DNA of 64,000 nucleotides from Malacoraja senta (GCA_038087875.1 JAXLNO010000696.1:1-64000), one strand, 5' to 3'. Counted from the stretch's first letter, positions 11,081 through 24,840 are shown. A program made the numbers and translations. The notes: generated from the sequence alone by a model not told the origin.

Positions 11081-13149
11081 CAAGAAGATAATTGCTACAA
11101 TAATGTTAATTTTTTAGTGATTCATAAATTGATAATTTGTTATTTATGTTTGTTAGGGTTACCACCCTGAACCAAACAAATAAAAAAATACTTTGATGAC
11201 CTAGGTTTTTATAGTTTTCTACATTCAAATGGAGGAACAAGCTTTGAAGGAGAGTATTTTTACTCCACATTGTTCTCCCATTAAAAGCTTTTTAGTACAG
11301 TTCAGGCTAATATTATCCTGGGCAAATTAGCAAACCTAGCTAATGCAAGTAGTAAGACAACATACATGGAGGGTCCTGTAAACTGTAATGATGATTTACC
11401 ATCGCATTACGCTACCAGGAAATCATAGCACGCAATGAGCTGGAAATAAATGCAAAAATGAGCATTTTGGGGCATATTTGTGATTTTTCTTAACATCCCG
11501 ATGTACAACCCACTACATTTTCCACATGGTTGTGAACATCATATCATCTATATTAAAACGTATATAAAACTTAGGAACAGTTATCAAGCTAATTTTTTTC
11601 TCATTGCAAAAAATGTCCCAGCTGTTCACTTTTTGCCAATTTTGCTAATGACAACTTCAGACTGCTTTTGGTGCATCCTGTTTGTTTTGAAATGGCCACA
11701 TCTAAGATCTGAGTAACGGTAGACCCAGTTTTCTTTCCACAATTATTCTCAGGTAAATATATTGAAGTACGGAATATGTTAACTGGAAGAAAATGTATTG
11801 AGCTGTTTTGTAATGCCCAAGCCACTTTAAGAAAGTCATGTAATTTAATTTCATTAAGCATTTTTTGTTCATTTTGTAAATCAAGATTTAGGGTAAACCG
11901 GGTAAATGATCTGGTTAAGCAGTTTTTGGATGCATCTTAAAAATCTAGTGAGCTTTGCTTTAATGACTGTGTGGTTTAAGCAATACATACTCCCTTTGAA
12001 AGACCAAAATACAAAATACCAACAACTGCATATTTAGTGTTTGGTCATCATATCACTTCCATTTTTATTTGTAAATGAGGTGAGGTTTTGCATGAAAAAA
12101 TTACCAAAGCAACTTGCACAACTGTTGGTACAGTAATCATTTACATTTTCTTTCAAAAGCTGAAATCATTTTCTATTTTTGCCATAAGAAACGTTTCATT
12201 TTTGTACAGGTGTCCTCTAACCTCAAATACAGTTATCATGGTGCCCTCGAGATTTTGGTCTTTCAATAATGTTAGAAAACTGAAATGATTATTGTAGTTT
12301 AACAGCGTTTCACACAAATACATTTAGAGAACATCTTATTGGGCATCATCCAACTATTGTTACACAATTTGGAGTTAATATCTTTTGAATTTAAAGGTTT
12401 AATGTAACTATGTAACATAACAAAATACATTTTCTTTAGGGGTTAACATTTGAGTCTGTTATTCTTTAATGAATCATTCCTTACACAAGTACATTAATAA
12501 TGTACTTTAAAAATACATTGGGCCATATACAAATGAGCTTGGGACCAAAATGTCAATTTTGGACCACATGTTTGCCATCGGGCTAAATGTTTGCTTTAAA
12601 TGATCAATCACACCTTGGGGAATACAAAATGGTAGTGGATTTCAGTGGTACCTCACTGATCTATTTAGCACCCATTTTGTGGCCCCTTGGAGGGTCCCCC
12701 AGGTGTACACGCAGCGGGTGGTACCCGGCAGACTCCCAATTCCGTTCATTTTAGGTGACCCCCTACACACTCCCATAGTCAGACATTGGTACCTAGTTCG
12801 TCTAACTATTGTCTCTGCGCTGAAGGTCTATAATACTTAAACTGTGACCTCTGGTTCTGGATTCCCCGAACATCGATCAAACAATTTTCCTCCATCTAGC
12901 CTGTCCAATCCCTTAAGAATCTTATATGTTTCTATAAGATACCCTCTCATCCTTTTAAATTGCAGTGAATATAAGCCCAGTCGACCTGTTCTTTCATCAT
13001 ATGTCAGTCCCGCTATCCTGGGAATTAACCTGATGAACCTACGCTGCACTCCCTCAATTTAGCAATACTGCTAAACCAAGGAGCGTTTCGAAGGTGGGAG
13101 GAGATGAGGAGGTGGAAAAGGGAAACACTTAGGGTGCAGATTCCTCTCT

Positions 13150-15232
13150 CGGGCGGCACGGTGGCACAGCGGGTAGAGCTGCTGCCTCACAGCACCAGAG
13201 GCCTGGGTTCGACCCTGACTCTGGGGGCTGTCCGTGTGGAGTTTGCATGTTCTCCCTGTGATCGCTTGGCTTTCCTTCGGGTTCAATCGCACATTCCAAT
13301 AACGAGCCGGTTTGTAGGTTAATTGGTTTCTGTAAATTCCCCAAATGTGTAGATAATGTGAAAGTGGGATGGCATAGAACGAGTGTATGGGGTGATCTGT
13401 GGTCTCCATGGTATCGGTGGGCCGAAGTGCCTGTTTCCATGCTGCGTCTCTAAACCTAAGGCCCCAACCTCACCCCCTGCTTCCAACCAGAGATGACTCC
13501 TCTGGTCACCCTCATGCTCTTAGTAATCTTATGGCACATCATTGGCTTCTAACTAATTTTTCCTTCCAAGGAAATTTCATGCCTCCTTTTTTAACCTAAA
13601 TACTCTTCTCTACCCACTCCTTCCTCAAGCTGCTCACTGGACCGCTGTTGCCCATGACGTTAGACTTTAGAGATACAGCACGGAAACAGGCCCTTCGGCC
13701 CATTGGGTCCGTGATGACCTGCGATCCCCATACACCGGCACTATCCTTACCAAAGCCAATTAACCTACAAACCTGTATGTCTGTCATGTGGGAAACCTAC
13801 TGCATCTGGAATTCCCAATGTGGGCTCCTGTACATCGGCGAGACCAAGCGTAGACTCGGTGACCATCTACAGTAGTTCTAGGAGCAGAATTAGGCCATTC
13901 GGCCCATCGCCTCCGCCATTCCATCAAGTCTGATCTATTTTTTTTGCTGAAGGATCAGCGGTAGAGTTGCTGCCTTACAGCGCCGGAGACCCGGGTTCGA
14001 TCCTGACCACGGGTGCTGTCCGTACGGAGTTTGTACGTTCTCCCTGTGACCTATGTGCGTTTTCTCCGGTTTCCTCCCACACTCCAAAGACGTACAGGTT
14101 GTAGGTTAATTGGCTTCAGTAAAAATGTAAATTGTCCCTAATATGTGTGCAGGACAGTGTTGGTGTGCTGGGACCGCTTGTCCGCATGGACTCGGTGGGC
14201 CGAAGGGCGTGTTTCGGTGCTGTACCTCTAAGCTGAACTAAACTAAACGTACGCTTGTTCTGCTAAGGTCTACTAGATCTCTGGATGCTAATTGTTTTAA
14301 CTCCCCTCCCCAATTCCCACACTGACCTTCCTGCCCCGGGCCTCCTCCATTGCCAGAGTGAGACCACAAGCAAACTGGAGGAAGAGCACCTCATATTCCA
14401 TTTGGGTAGCTTACAAAGGTAATGGTATGAACAATGACTTGTCCAACTTTAGGTAGCTCTACGAACCCTCACCCCCCCCGCCCCCGCAACCTCCACCACT
14501 TTCTTCCCCCCTCTCCTGTGCCACACAGACTCCCACCAATCGCCCTGTGTCTCCCTCCCACTCTCCGCTGCACTGAAAGCAACTTGGACTTTGAAAATAG
14601 TACTACTTTGCTGGACTTTATGCTAAAGTAGAATCTCACTGCACCTCATGTATGCAAAAATAGAATTTCACTGCAACACGTGAAAATAAAGGACCATTGA
14701 AGTAGGGCAAACATTATTATCAGCGCTAGAGGCTGGAGTGCAGGTTTTAGACTTTAGACTTGAAAGTTTTTGAGCTGATACTGTTCACCATACTGTGGAC
14801 ACAAGAAGACGACTTAGCCTTCAGCATTGACGTGGAATGATGGACCAAAATTGTTGCATTTTATTAGTGCTTTATTTATTATTTTAATGCTTTAGCTCTG
14901 ATATTACAGCATGTTGAACAATATTGATCAGAAACAGCGGCGCAGCGGTAGAGTTGCTGACTTACAGTGCCAGAGACCCGGGTTCGATCCCGATTACGGG
15001 TAATGTCTGGAGGGAGTTAGTACGTTCTCCCCGCGACAGCGTGGGTTTTCTCCGGGTGCACTGGTCTCCTCCCACACTCCAAAGACGTACAGGTTTGTAG
15101 GTTAATTGGCTTGGTATAAATGTAAATAGTCCCCAGTGTGTGTAGATACCGTTAGTGTCCGGGGATCGCTAGTCGGCATGGACTCGGTGGGCCGAAGGAC
15201 CTGTTTCTGCGCTGTATCGCTAAACTAAACCA
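13150..15232 (+). mobile_element. Cluster of HE1/V-SINEs (about 13150-13455, 13955-14250, 14935-15232) with Penelope fragments
   Basis: SINE A/B boxes and core. YCIWNSQCGLLYIGETKRRLGDH at about 13798-13866 is a GIY-YIG endonuclease fragment. Penelope-like 3' region at about 14295-14460. Confidence 0.8.
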
Positions 15233-16881
15233 AAAATATTGAGCATAAAAGGTGCCCCAATGATCATAAAGCATTAAACGAAAACTAAAAATATTGCATA
15301 TGTTGGAACTCTTAAATGCAGGAGTGTATCCTGCAAACTAAATCAAATGGCACCTCATCTATGGTGCTTCTTACACAACAATTAGTTCTCACCCCCTCTT
15401 TTATAGTTTTGCAATCTGTATTTTACACTCTGTGTAGAAAGATGGCGTCGAACCCAGGCGATTATTTGCATGCTAACCACAGCAGCAGATCTACAATCAC
15501 ATATTACTATCTCTACTCCTGCAGCAACATTTCTTACGCTGTGGACGCCTCGATTGTAATCATGTATTGTCTTTCCGCTGACTGGTTAGCAAGCAACAAA
15601 AACATTTCACTGCACCTCGGTACATGTGACAATAAACCAAACTAAACTAATCTCCCCTTTGCTCTATCTATTGTACTTGAGTTTAACGTCTGTACTTATG
15701 TACAGTATTCTCTGATCTGTTTGGATAGCAAGAAAAACAAAGCTTTTCAGTGTATCTTAGTACACGTGACAACAAGAAACTTAATCCTTATCCTTTTACC
15801 CCAGAATTTAATGGACAAACAATTAACGTCCAGGTGAATTTGTGACCATTGAGTAACGGTCTGGGAAATCACTGCCGGTGCCTCTATTCTGACCATCGCA
15901 TCGGACGCACGTGAAATGGCGTCACATCCTCCACAACGCAGCTCTGATCCACCTCTGGTTGAATGTGGAGGTTTGTTGAGAGATGGGATCACTGTAGATC
16001 AGTCAGAGAAACGGGCACCAAACCTGCAGAAGATCATCAACAAAATGTCAATTCAAGTGTCTCCATTAAGGCACCGCACACAAGCTTGGTCAGACTCTGT
16101 AATAATCATGGCATCCAACTCCACAACGCCCTGAAAGTGGCCGCACAAGTAGATCGAGTGGTGAAGAAGGCGTACGGTAAGCTGAGGAAGGAAAGTGCAA
16201 ATGCTGGTTTACACCGAGGATAGACACAAAAAGCTGGGGTGACTCAGCGGATCAGGCAGCATCTCTGGAGAGAAGGAATAGGTGACGTTTCGGGTCTTAA
16301 GAAGTGTCTTGGACCTGAATTGTCACCTATTTCTTTTCACCAGAGATGCTGCCTGACCCACTGAGTTACTCCAGGTTTTTGTGTCCGTCACCGTATACTA
16401 TGCTTGCCTTCATAGGTCCAAGCATTGAGTATAAGAGTCATAGAGTCATGATGCAGCTTTATCGGACTTTGGTTATTTGGAGTTAATTTGGAGTATCACA
16501 TGTAGTTCAGGGCGCCCCATTGCTGTAAGGATGTGGAGGCTTTGGAAAGGGTGCAGAGGAGGTTCCTGGACTAGAGGGTATTAGCTACAGGAGATGTGCG
16601 GGGCATGGTTTTTTTACACAGAGGACTGTGTGTACCTGGAACTTGCTGCCGTGAGTGGTGGTTGAGGCACGATTGTGGCATTTGAGAGACTTTTGGATGG
16701 GCCAATGGATATGCAGGGAATGGAGGCAGATAGGATTTGGTCTTGGCATCATTTTCTGCACAGACACCGTGGGCCGAAGGGCCTGTTCCTGAGCTGTACT
16801 GTGTTACGTTCTATGTTCTAGTGAGGAATGGTTGAGGAAGGACCTTTCTCGCCCTTACCTCCTGGTCCTGGTATCTCCAGC

Positions 16882-18313
16882 CTAAGCAGACGGGCGCAAT
16901 TCACGTAGAGCGCTGAGATATTCTTCGTTGCCACGATCAAACTGCAAGGCCTTTTCATAGCATTCAACAGCTTTAGAATTCTCCCCGGCTTCCTGGTGAA
17001 GAAAGCCCAGGATACCCCAGGCTCTGCTGTTGTACGGGTTCCTGTTAATTTGCCTTTTTGCAATCTGCTCCAATTTAGTGGAACAAATTTTCCATTGATT
17101 CGTGCCGCGCCGGATTTTAAGGCCTTCCATAAAATGGTGGATGGCGTTTGATTCAGATTTGGTGTGATACAGTTCATATAATCCAAGCTGTAACTCTATT
17201 GCCTGCTTTTTATCCGGAGTAACATCCTCTAAACTCTGGAGTTTGTTGTATATCTCCCTCGCCTTGTCTGATTCACCATTCATTAAGCAGATCCCGGCAA
17301 AATCCAGCTGTGCAAATATATACGATGGCTCCACTTGAAATGCCATTCCAAAATGGTGCTTGCAATCGTCGATCAACGCAGCCTCCACGCCAGGGTCTCC
17401 ACTGCCTTGATTTTTACGCAGAGCCAATAGCTTTTCTCTGCAACACATACCCATTTGATGGTGCAAGAAGGAAGAGTGCGGAGTGAATTCTAAGGCTTTC
17501 TTCAACAGCCCTATCGCTTCATCAACATTGCGATTTATTCTGTAAAACATTGCTGCATAGCGGAGCACAAATGGAGAATCTGGGCTTGTCCGCAACGCTT
17601 CTTCAACCAATACATTCGCTTCTGCCTTTTGCTGGAACTCTTGGAGCCTGAGGGCCAGCATCACCCTGGCCACAGATTCACCCGGATCGAGCTCCAGCAC
17701 CCGTCTCAGCTGTCTCACCGACTGACTCGCTTCGGGTTTTTCCTGGATCCCGGAAATCGATTCCAGACGGTACAGAGCGGTGGCGTAGCCCATGTTCCAT
17801 TCCGTGTTGTCGGGATCTTCCTCGAGAGCGCTGGCGAAACATTCCTTCGCCTCCTCGTAGCACTTTGATTGGGAGCTCAGCAAAGACCACCCCTTCTCCC
17901 CCAACACCTCGGGCAACTTTGCCCTGACGTGCGGGCCCTGGGTGAGACCACACGTCACCTCCAGCTTGTCGAGGTAGGACTGGGCCTCGCTGAGTTGCCC
18001 CATGTGGTAATGCAACCAGGCCCGGTTGCCATGTGTGACGATGCTCCTCCTCTCAAATCCATCCCCGTGGATCTCCCTCAGACGTCTCTCCGCCTCCTCT
18101 AAGTCACGGAGAGCTTCTTCGCAGTTGCCCTGCCGGTAGTTGATGTAAGCCAGCTGGTTGTGCGGCACGCCTTGGTGATTCCCGCCAATGATAATCGAAT
18201 CCTGCAACTTCTGCTTCAAGTCGTCCAGGTCGCTGTCGTCCAGCTGTGGGCCCCACGTGAAGTGGCACTGAAGCTGGCCGAGCTTCACCAACAAGGAATC
18301 CCTCAGTGTGTCG
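16882..18313 (-). CDS. IFIT: IFIT5-like interferon-induced TPR protein, main coding exon 2
   Basis: Open frame with the IFIT hallmark CHFTW, TPR helices (GEKGWSLL, ALEEDPDN, VLRYAAMFYR, SSFLHHQMG, SESNAIHHF) and IFIT5-like C-terminus. The acceptor ctctcttgcag ends at 18314. Confidence 0.96.
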
Positions 18314-19239
18314 CTGCAAGAGAGCACAAGGTGATCAACGGGGAACACACAAAAAGCTGGAGTAGTTCAGTGGGTCAGGCATAATAAAGGACGAGTCGCA
18401 CCCTGGCCACTCCCTCTTCTACCCTCACCCATCAGGCAAGAGGTACAGAAGTGTGAAAACGCACACCTCCAGATTCAGGGACAGTTTCTTCCAAGCTGTT
18501 ATCAGGCAATTGGTGCATACTGTAGCGAGTCTTTTAACTTACATTTGAATGCAACATTTATGCTTTACATTGGAATAGGTATGAATAAGGTATAATAAAA
18601 TTACATTCCACAGTAGACCCAGGCTCTGATCAACAGGTGCAGCACATGAATGACCTTAGTATATTCATGTATGGAAATTAGATTATAATTCATGCTGTTA
18701 TGCAAAGATATAGAGAACAAAAACATAGAAGCAAGGCAAGAATTATCGGCCTTCCATCACTGTTCTGCACAATTAAATTAATCAACCTTACTCTTTGACT
18801 ATAGAAACAATACGAAATCAATGAAATTAAGATATATATGTAAAACATATATATGGAAACAGGACCTTCGGCCCACCTTGTCCACCACACTGAACAGCAA
18901 TCTACCATACATCAGTTCTATCCTATACACCAGGGACCAGTGGTGGAAATGGGGGGGGTGGGGGGGGGGGTGTACGGCGTTCCCCTAGTTTTCAATTTCC
19001 AGTTCGGGTTTAATGAGTAGTGCAGAAAGATTCGAGCCATTTCTCACTTTATTAAACTCAGACGAAAACGATTTGTTAACTGCCACTGTTAGCACTTGTT
19101 AACAGCCATTGTGTTTTAACAACGTGTTCCTTTGAATAAAATTCAAGGGAGAATTTCTTAAACTCACTGTCAGGGCTACCGGACTGCGAGCACGGGCTCA
19201 GGTAAAGTCACATTATTTTATTATTCCACGTTATTTTAT

Positions 19240-19530
19240 TTGCCTCCCTGCCTCCGTGCCCCCCTGCCTCCGTGCCCCTCGGCCTCCGTGCCCCTCTGCC
19301 TCTGTGCCTCTCTGCCTCCGTGCCCATCTGGCTCCGTGCCTCTCTGCCCCGTGCCTCTCTGCTGCTCTCCCCTCCGCTGCTCTCCGCTCTCCCCGCTCTC
19401 CCCTCTCCGCTCTCCCCGCTCTCCCCTCTCCCCACTCTCCCCTCTCCCCGCTCTCCCCTCTCCCCGCTCTCCCCTCTCCCCGCTCTCCCTCTCCACTCTC
19501 TCCGCTCTCCCCTCGATCTCCCCGCTCTCG
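19240..19530. repeat. Pyrimidine-rich low-complexity tract
   Basis: Degenerate ctccgtgccc and ctctcccc(g) units. Confidence 0.85.
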
Positions 19531-19974
19531 AAAACTCGATGATGTATTTTGGGAGGTATTTTGGAGAAATGAGATGCATAAAATGTGCACATTTAAAAAA
19601 TCAGGGTTCAGACATACAATCCTTCAAAAGCAAATGATATGCTACATTTTCAAATGGGAAATAATGCTTAAGAAGCTAATAGAAAACGTATAAATCATTG
19701 GTTGTGCCATAGTTAGAATAATGTGTTCAATTTTTCTGGAACGATATGTCCTTCAGCTAACAAAACTAATGAATAATTAGTCTGATAGTTAATAGTGCAG
19801 TAACGCTTGACTAACCGGCACCATTGAATGGTATTCAATAAACTGGTTAAGAGGGAGAAGGATGAGTCGGAAAACAAGGCTCTAAATTTAAGTAAACTTT
19901 GGGAAAGTGAGGCAGAAGAGTAGACTATGCAGAGCATTGACAAACAATGTGAAATGTTCCAAGATCTTCTTGGT

Positions 19975-22859
19975 AATGTTGGCAAATGTCCGCTCCCTTG
20001 ACAACAAGATGGACTACCTCAGAGCGTGGAGAGCCTCCCAACGAAGCGTGAAGAACTGCTGTGTCTACGTCCTAACGGAGACCTGGCTGAATCAGAACAT
20101 CACAGACGCTGCGATCCAGTTGGAGGGACTTATGCTATACAGAGCTGATAGAGTAGCTTCGCTAGCTGGTAAGGCAAGAGGAGGGGGGCTGGCTGTATAT
20201 GTGAACAGATCATGGTGCCGGGATGCTGTGATGACTTCCACTTACTGCTCACCCCATGTAGAGCTAATGACTGTGAAATGCCGACCCTTCTACTTACCCA
20301 GGGAGCTAACGGCAGTCTTCATAACGGCCGTCTATGTACCACCGAGCGCGGACGTGAAGGATGCTATGACAGAACTCTATAACAACATCAGTGAGCAGCA
20401 GAGGGAACATCCAGATGCTTTCTTCATGGCAGCTGGGGATTTCAACCAGGCAAGTCTTACATCTGTTTTGCCTAAATTTTACCAGCATGTGAACATTGCA
20501 ACCAGGGGAAAGAACAAACTAGATCTGGTGTACACCAACATTAAAGATGCATATAGAGCAGCCCCCCTCCCCCATATCGGCAACTCTGACCACCTGGCGG
20601 TTATGCTCACACCTGCATACAGACCCAGGGTGAAACAGGACAGGCCAACGGTCAAAGAAGTCAGAACATGGCCACAGGGAGCTACCGCAGCACTACAAGA
20701 CTGTTTTGAAACCACACAGTGGGCCATTTTCAGGGAGGCAGCAACAGATGACAGTAGCATCAACCTCCAAGAATACACAGAATCCGTCATCGGCTACATC
20801 AATAAATGCATTGATGATGTAACGGTGGTAAAAACCATTAGGAGGCGTGCCAATCAGAAACCTTGGCTAACTGGGGAAGTGTGTTCCCTACTGAGAATCC
20901 AGAATGCTGCATTCAAATCTGGGGACAACGCAGCATACAAACTGGCAAGGTGTAACCTATCCCGGGGGATCAGGGAAGCGAAGAGGCTGTATGGACAAAA
21001 ACTAAACAGCCACTTCGCAAATGACAAAGACACACGTCGCTTGTGGCAGGGATTTCATACCATCACGGACTACAAGCCCCCCCCGCTGCGGATATGCCAA
21101 AACGACCCCTCTCTACCAGATGAACTGAACGAGTTCTACGCTCGGTTTGAGGTTGGAAACACCACCCAGACACGTGCACTACGGCCATCTCCCAGTGACC
21201 AGTCGCTCAGGCTGTCCGCAGCCGGAGTTAAAAAGGCCTTTGCCAGCATCAACCCACGCAAAGCTGCAGGGCCGGACAACATTCCTGGATGCGTCTTAAG
21301 AGACTGCGCCGAGCAACTGAAAGATGTTTTCACAGACATTTTTAACATCTCACTCAGCCAGGCAGTAGTGCCCAACTGTCTTAAGAGTGCCACCATCGTC
21401 CCTGTCCCGAAGAAACCAAACCCAGCCTGCCATAATGACTTTCGACCAGTGGCTCTAACACCCATAGTAATGAAGTGTTTTGAGCGACTGGTTATGCAGC
21501 ATATCAAAAATAGTCTACCTGCCGACCTAGACCCACTGCAGTTCGCCTACAGAGCCAACCGATCCACAGAGGACGCAGTCTCAACAACACTGAACCTCGT
21601 ACTGTCACACCTTGATCGGAAAAATACTTATGCCAGGATCCTCTTCATAGACTTCAGCTCTGCTTTTAATACAATCATTCCGCAGCAGTTGGTGGAGAAG
21701 TTGGAGCTATTGGGAGTTGATGCTGGCACATGTAACTGGGTCCTGAACTTTCTGTCGCAACGGCAGCAGACAGTCAGGGTGGGCAGTATGACATCAAAAA
21801 CCATAGCCGTGAGCACTGGCTCGCCCCAAGGCTGTGTCCTAAGCCCCCTGCTGTTTAGTCTGCTAACACACGACTGTACTGCTAGACTCAACAACAACTT
21901 CATCAACAAGTTTGCTGATGACACAACAGTGGTGGGTCTCATCAGTGACAATGATGAGTCGGCGTACAGGATGGAGGTGGAGCTGCTCACAGGATGGTGC
22001 AAATCCCACAACCTCATTCTCAACGTGGGAAAAACGAAGGAGATGGTGGTTGACTTCAGGAGGGCGGGGAAAACAACACCATACACCTCTGCACATCGAT
22101 GGAGCTGATGTGGAAAGGGTCAACAGCGTGAAGTTCCTAGGACTCCACCTGTCAGATGACCTGACGTCCACGACCAACACCACAGCACTGGTCAAGAGAG
22201 CCCAGCAGCAACTACACCCTCTCCGAAGACTGCGTAAAGCAGGTCTCCCCACTACACACCTACGAACTTTTTATAGGGGGACAATCGAGAGCACATTAAC
22301 CTACGGCATCACTTCCTGGTTTGGGAGCTGCAAGGCGTACGAACGGCACCAACTAGACAGGATTGTGAAGACCGCCAGCAGGATTATTGGTGCTCCACTC
22401 CCTTTCCTGCTGGACATATACAGGAAGAGATGTATCAGCAGAGCCATCTCCATCATCAAAGACCCCTACCACCCATCCCATCACATATTCTCCATCCTGC
22501 CATCTGGGAAGAGGTACCGGAGCATTAGGTGCAAAACCAGCAGGATGCTCCTCAGCTTCTTCCCGCAGGGTATAAGACTGATAAATGGACTTTGTCCCCT
22601 GCCAAAGTATCGTGCACCAACCACCAACCTGGACACACTGCAGCAGAGCCACTGTCGTGCCGCTGCCGATCGGAACGCCTGTTGATGTTTAGTAGAGTAG
22701 AGTGTTAATTTGTTCATGATATATGTATTTTTACTTCTATTTATTTTTTACTGCACACACTGAAATGGACACTGGTTGAGGAACTTTTTTTGTTTCCTCT
22801 GGGTATGCGAATACTCAGGAAATAACAATAAAGATATACAATACAACAATACAATACAA
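19975..22859 (+). mobile_element. Rex1/Babar-type LINE, APE plus RT with one frameshift
   Basis: ORF 19907-22108 ([35 protein letters not shown]) continues in ORF 21912-22685 after a frameshift near 22070. 3' stem-loop at about 22793-22822, AATAAA and (caata)n tail. Confidence 0.92.
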
Positions 22860-22959
22860 GTAATAGACCTGTACATTTTGAATTGAATTGAAATTATTTG
22901 TCATTCAAAAATGAATGAAAAGAAATTAATGTTATTCCTAACAACTAAGTTCAGGTAGA

Positions 22960-24215
22960 CAGTAACATGGATAAGGGAGAGCCAGTGGATGTAGTGCACC
23001 TGGACTTTCAGAAAGCCTTTGATAAGGTCCCACACAGGAGATTAGTGAGCAAAATCAGAGCACATGGTGTTGGGGGTAGGGTATTGACATGGATTGAAAA
23101 TTGGTTGGCAGACAGGAAACAAAGAGTAGGAATTAACGGTTCCCTTTCAGAATGGCAGGTAGTGACTCGTGGGGTGCCTCAAGGCTCGGTGCTGGGACCG
23201 CAGCTATTCACAATATATATTAATGATTTAGATGAAGGAATTAAAAGTAACATTAGCAAATTTGCAGATGACACAAAGCTGGATGGCAGTGTGAACTGTG
23301 AAGAGAATGCTATGAGGATGCAGGGTGACGTGGATAGGTTGGGTGAGTGGAAGATACATGGCAGGCAGTATAATGTGGATAAATGTGAGGTTATCCACTT
23401 TAGTGGCAAGTACAAGAGGCAGATTATCATCTGAATGGCAGGTAGACACAAAATGCTGGAGTAACTCAGCGGGTCAGGCAGCATCTCTGGAGCAAAGGAA
23501 TGGGTGACGTTTCGTGTCGTGACCTTTCTTCTGTATGGTGTCAGATTAGGAAAAGGGGAAGTGCAACGAGACCTGGGTGTACTTGTACATCAGTTACTGA
23601 AAGTAAGCATGCAAGAAACAGCAGGCACTGAAGAAAACTAATGGCATGTTGGCCTTCATAATGATAGGATTTGAGTATAGGAGCAAAGAGGTTCTTCTGC
23701 AGCTGTATAGGGCCCCGGTGAGACCACTCCTGGAGTATTGTGTACAGTTAATTCCCGGGATGGTAGAAATGTCATATGATGAAAAAATGAAACGACTGGC
23801 CTTGTATCCACTGGAATTTAGAAGGATGAGAGGGTATCTGATAGAAACATAAAATTATTAAGGGATTGGACACGCTAGATGCAGGAAACATGTTCTCAAT
23901 GTTGGAGGAGTCCAGAACCAAAGCCCACAGTTTAAGAATACGGGGTAGGCCATTTAGAACTGAGATGAGGAAGAACCTTTTCACCAATAGTGTTGTGAAT
24001 TTGTGGAATTATCTGCCTCGGAAGGCAGTGGAGGCCGACTCATTGGATGCATTCAAAAGAGAGTTAGATAGAGCTCTTAGGGCTAATGGAATCAAGGGAT
24101 ATGGGGAGAAGGCAGGAATGGGGTACTGATTGTGGATGATCAGCCATGATCACATTGAATGGCTCGAAGGAGCGAATGGCCTACTCCTGCACCTATTTCT
24201 ATGTATCTATGTAAA
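22960..24215 (+). mobile_element. Degenerate CR1-type LINE fragments
   Basis: [11 protein letters not shown]...[10 protein letters not shown]...KFADDTK and a CR1 3' UTR, interrupted by a Penelope-derived repeat at about 23440-23532. Confidence 0.88.
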
Positions 24216-24840
24216 ATGCAGAAATAACTCAACGGAACAGGCAGCATCTCTGGAGAGAAGGAATGGGTGACTATTCGGATCAAGACCCTTTTTCATACTG
24301 ATGTCAGGCATGTGTGGGACAGAGATAGAATGCAGTCGGAGACAGTAAGACTGGTGGGAGAACTGGGAAAGGGGAGGGGATGGAGAGAGAGGGAAAGCAT
24401 GGGCTATTTGAAGTTAGAAAAGTCAATATTCGTACCGCTGGGGTGTAAGCTACCCAAGCGAAATATGAGGTGCTGTTCCTCCGATTTGCGCTGGGCCTCA
24501 CTCTGACAATGGAGGAGCCCCAGGACAGAATGATCAGATTTGGAATGGGAGGGGAATGGTGTGAATTCACAGCTTTATCCTGCGCTCCAAGGGCGAGCGA
24601 ACGAGCGGACAGACGGACAAAAGCAACGATCATAGTGGAATAGATTACATTGCGGGTCGAGACCCTCTTCAGACTGAGTAAGGGGAAAGAGGAACAAGTG
24701 ATATAGACGGTACTAAGGACAAATGAATGGAAGATATGCCTATATCTCCCGTTTTCCATTCCCTTGTCTGTCAGTCTGAAGAAGGGTCTCGACCTGAAAT
24801 GTCATCTATTCCACTCTATGATCATTGCTTTTGTCCGTCT
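24215..24840. mobile_element. Penelope-derived fragments and short repeats
   Basis: Penelope-like 3' region at about 24380-24560 (minus) and ctgaagaagggtctcgacc motifs on both strands. Confidence 0.65.

Noticed and set aside
18314..18348. ORF-track N-terminus MFPVDHLVLSC of the IFIT ORF
   Set aside because: It starts at GTG and spans the polypyrimidine tract and acceptor; the true start is the ATG in exon 1.
17629..18384. ORFs antisense to or overlapping IFIT exon 2 in other frames
   Set aside because: Shadow frames of a GC-rich coding exon.
19208..19693. Arg/Gly/Glu- and Pro/Ser/Leu-rich ORFs (similarly 28138-28483)
   Set aside because: Low-complexity purine/pyrimidine tracts lack stop codons by composition.
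19907..19975. N-terminal extension of the 733-aa Rex1 ORF
   Set aside because: It begins at GTG in flanking hAT sequence; APE similarity starts only at about LANVRSL.
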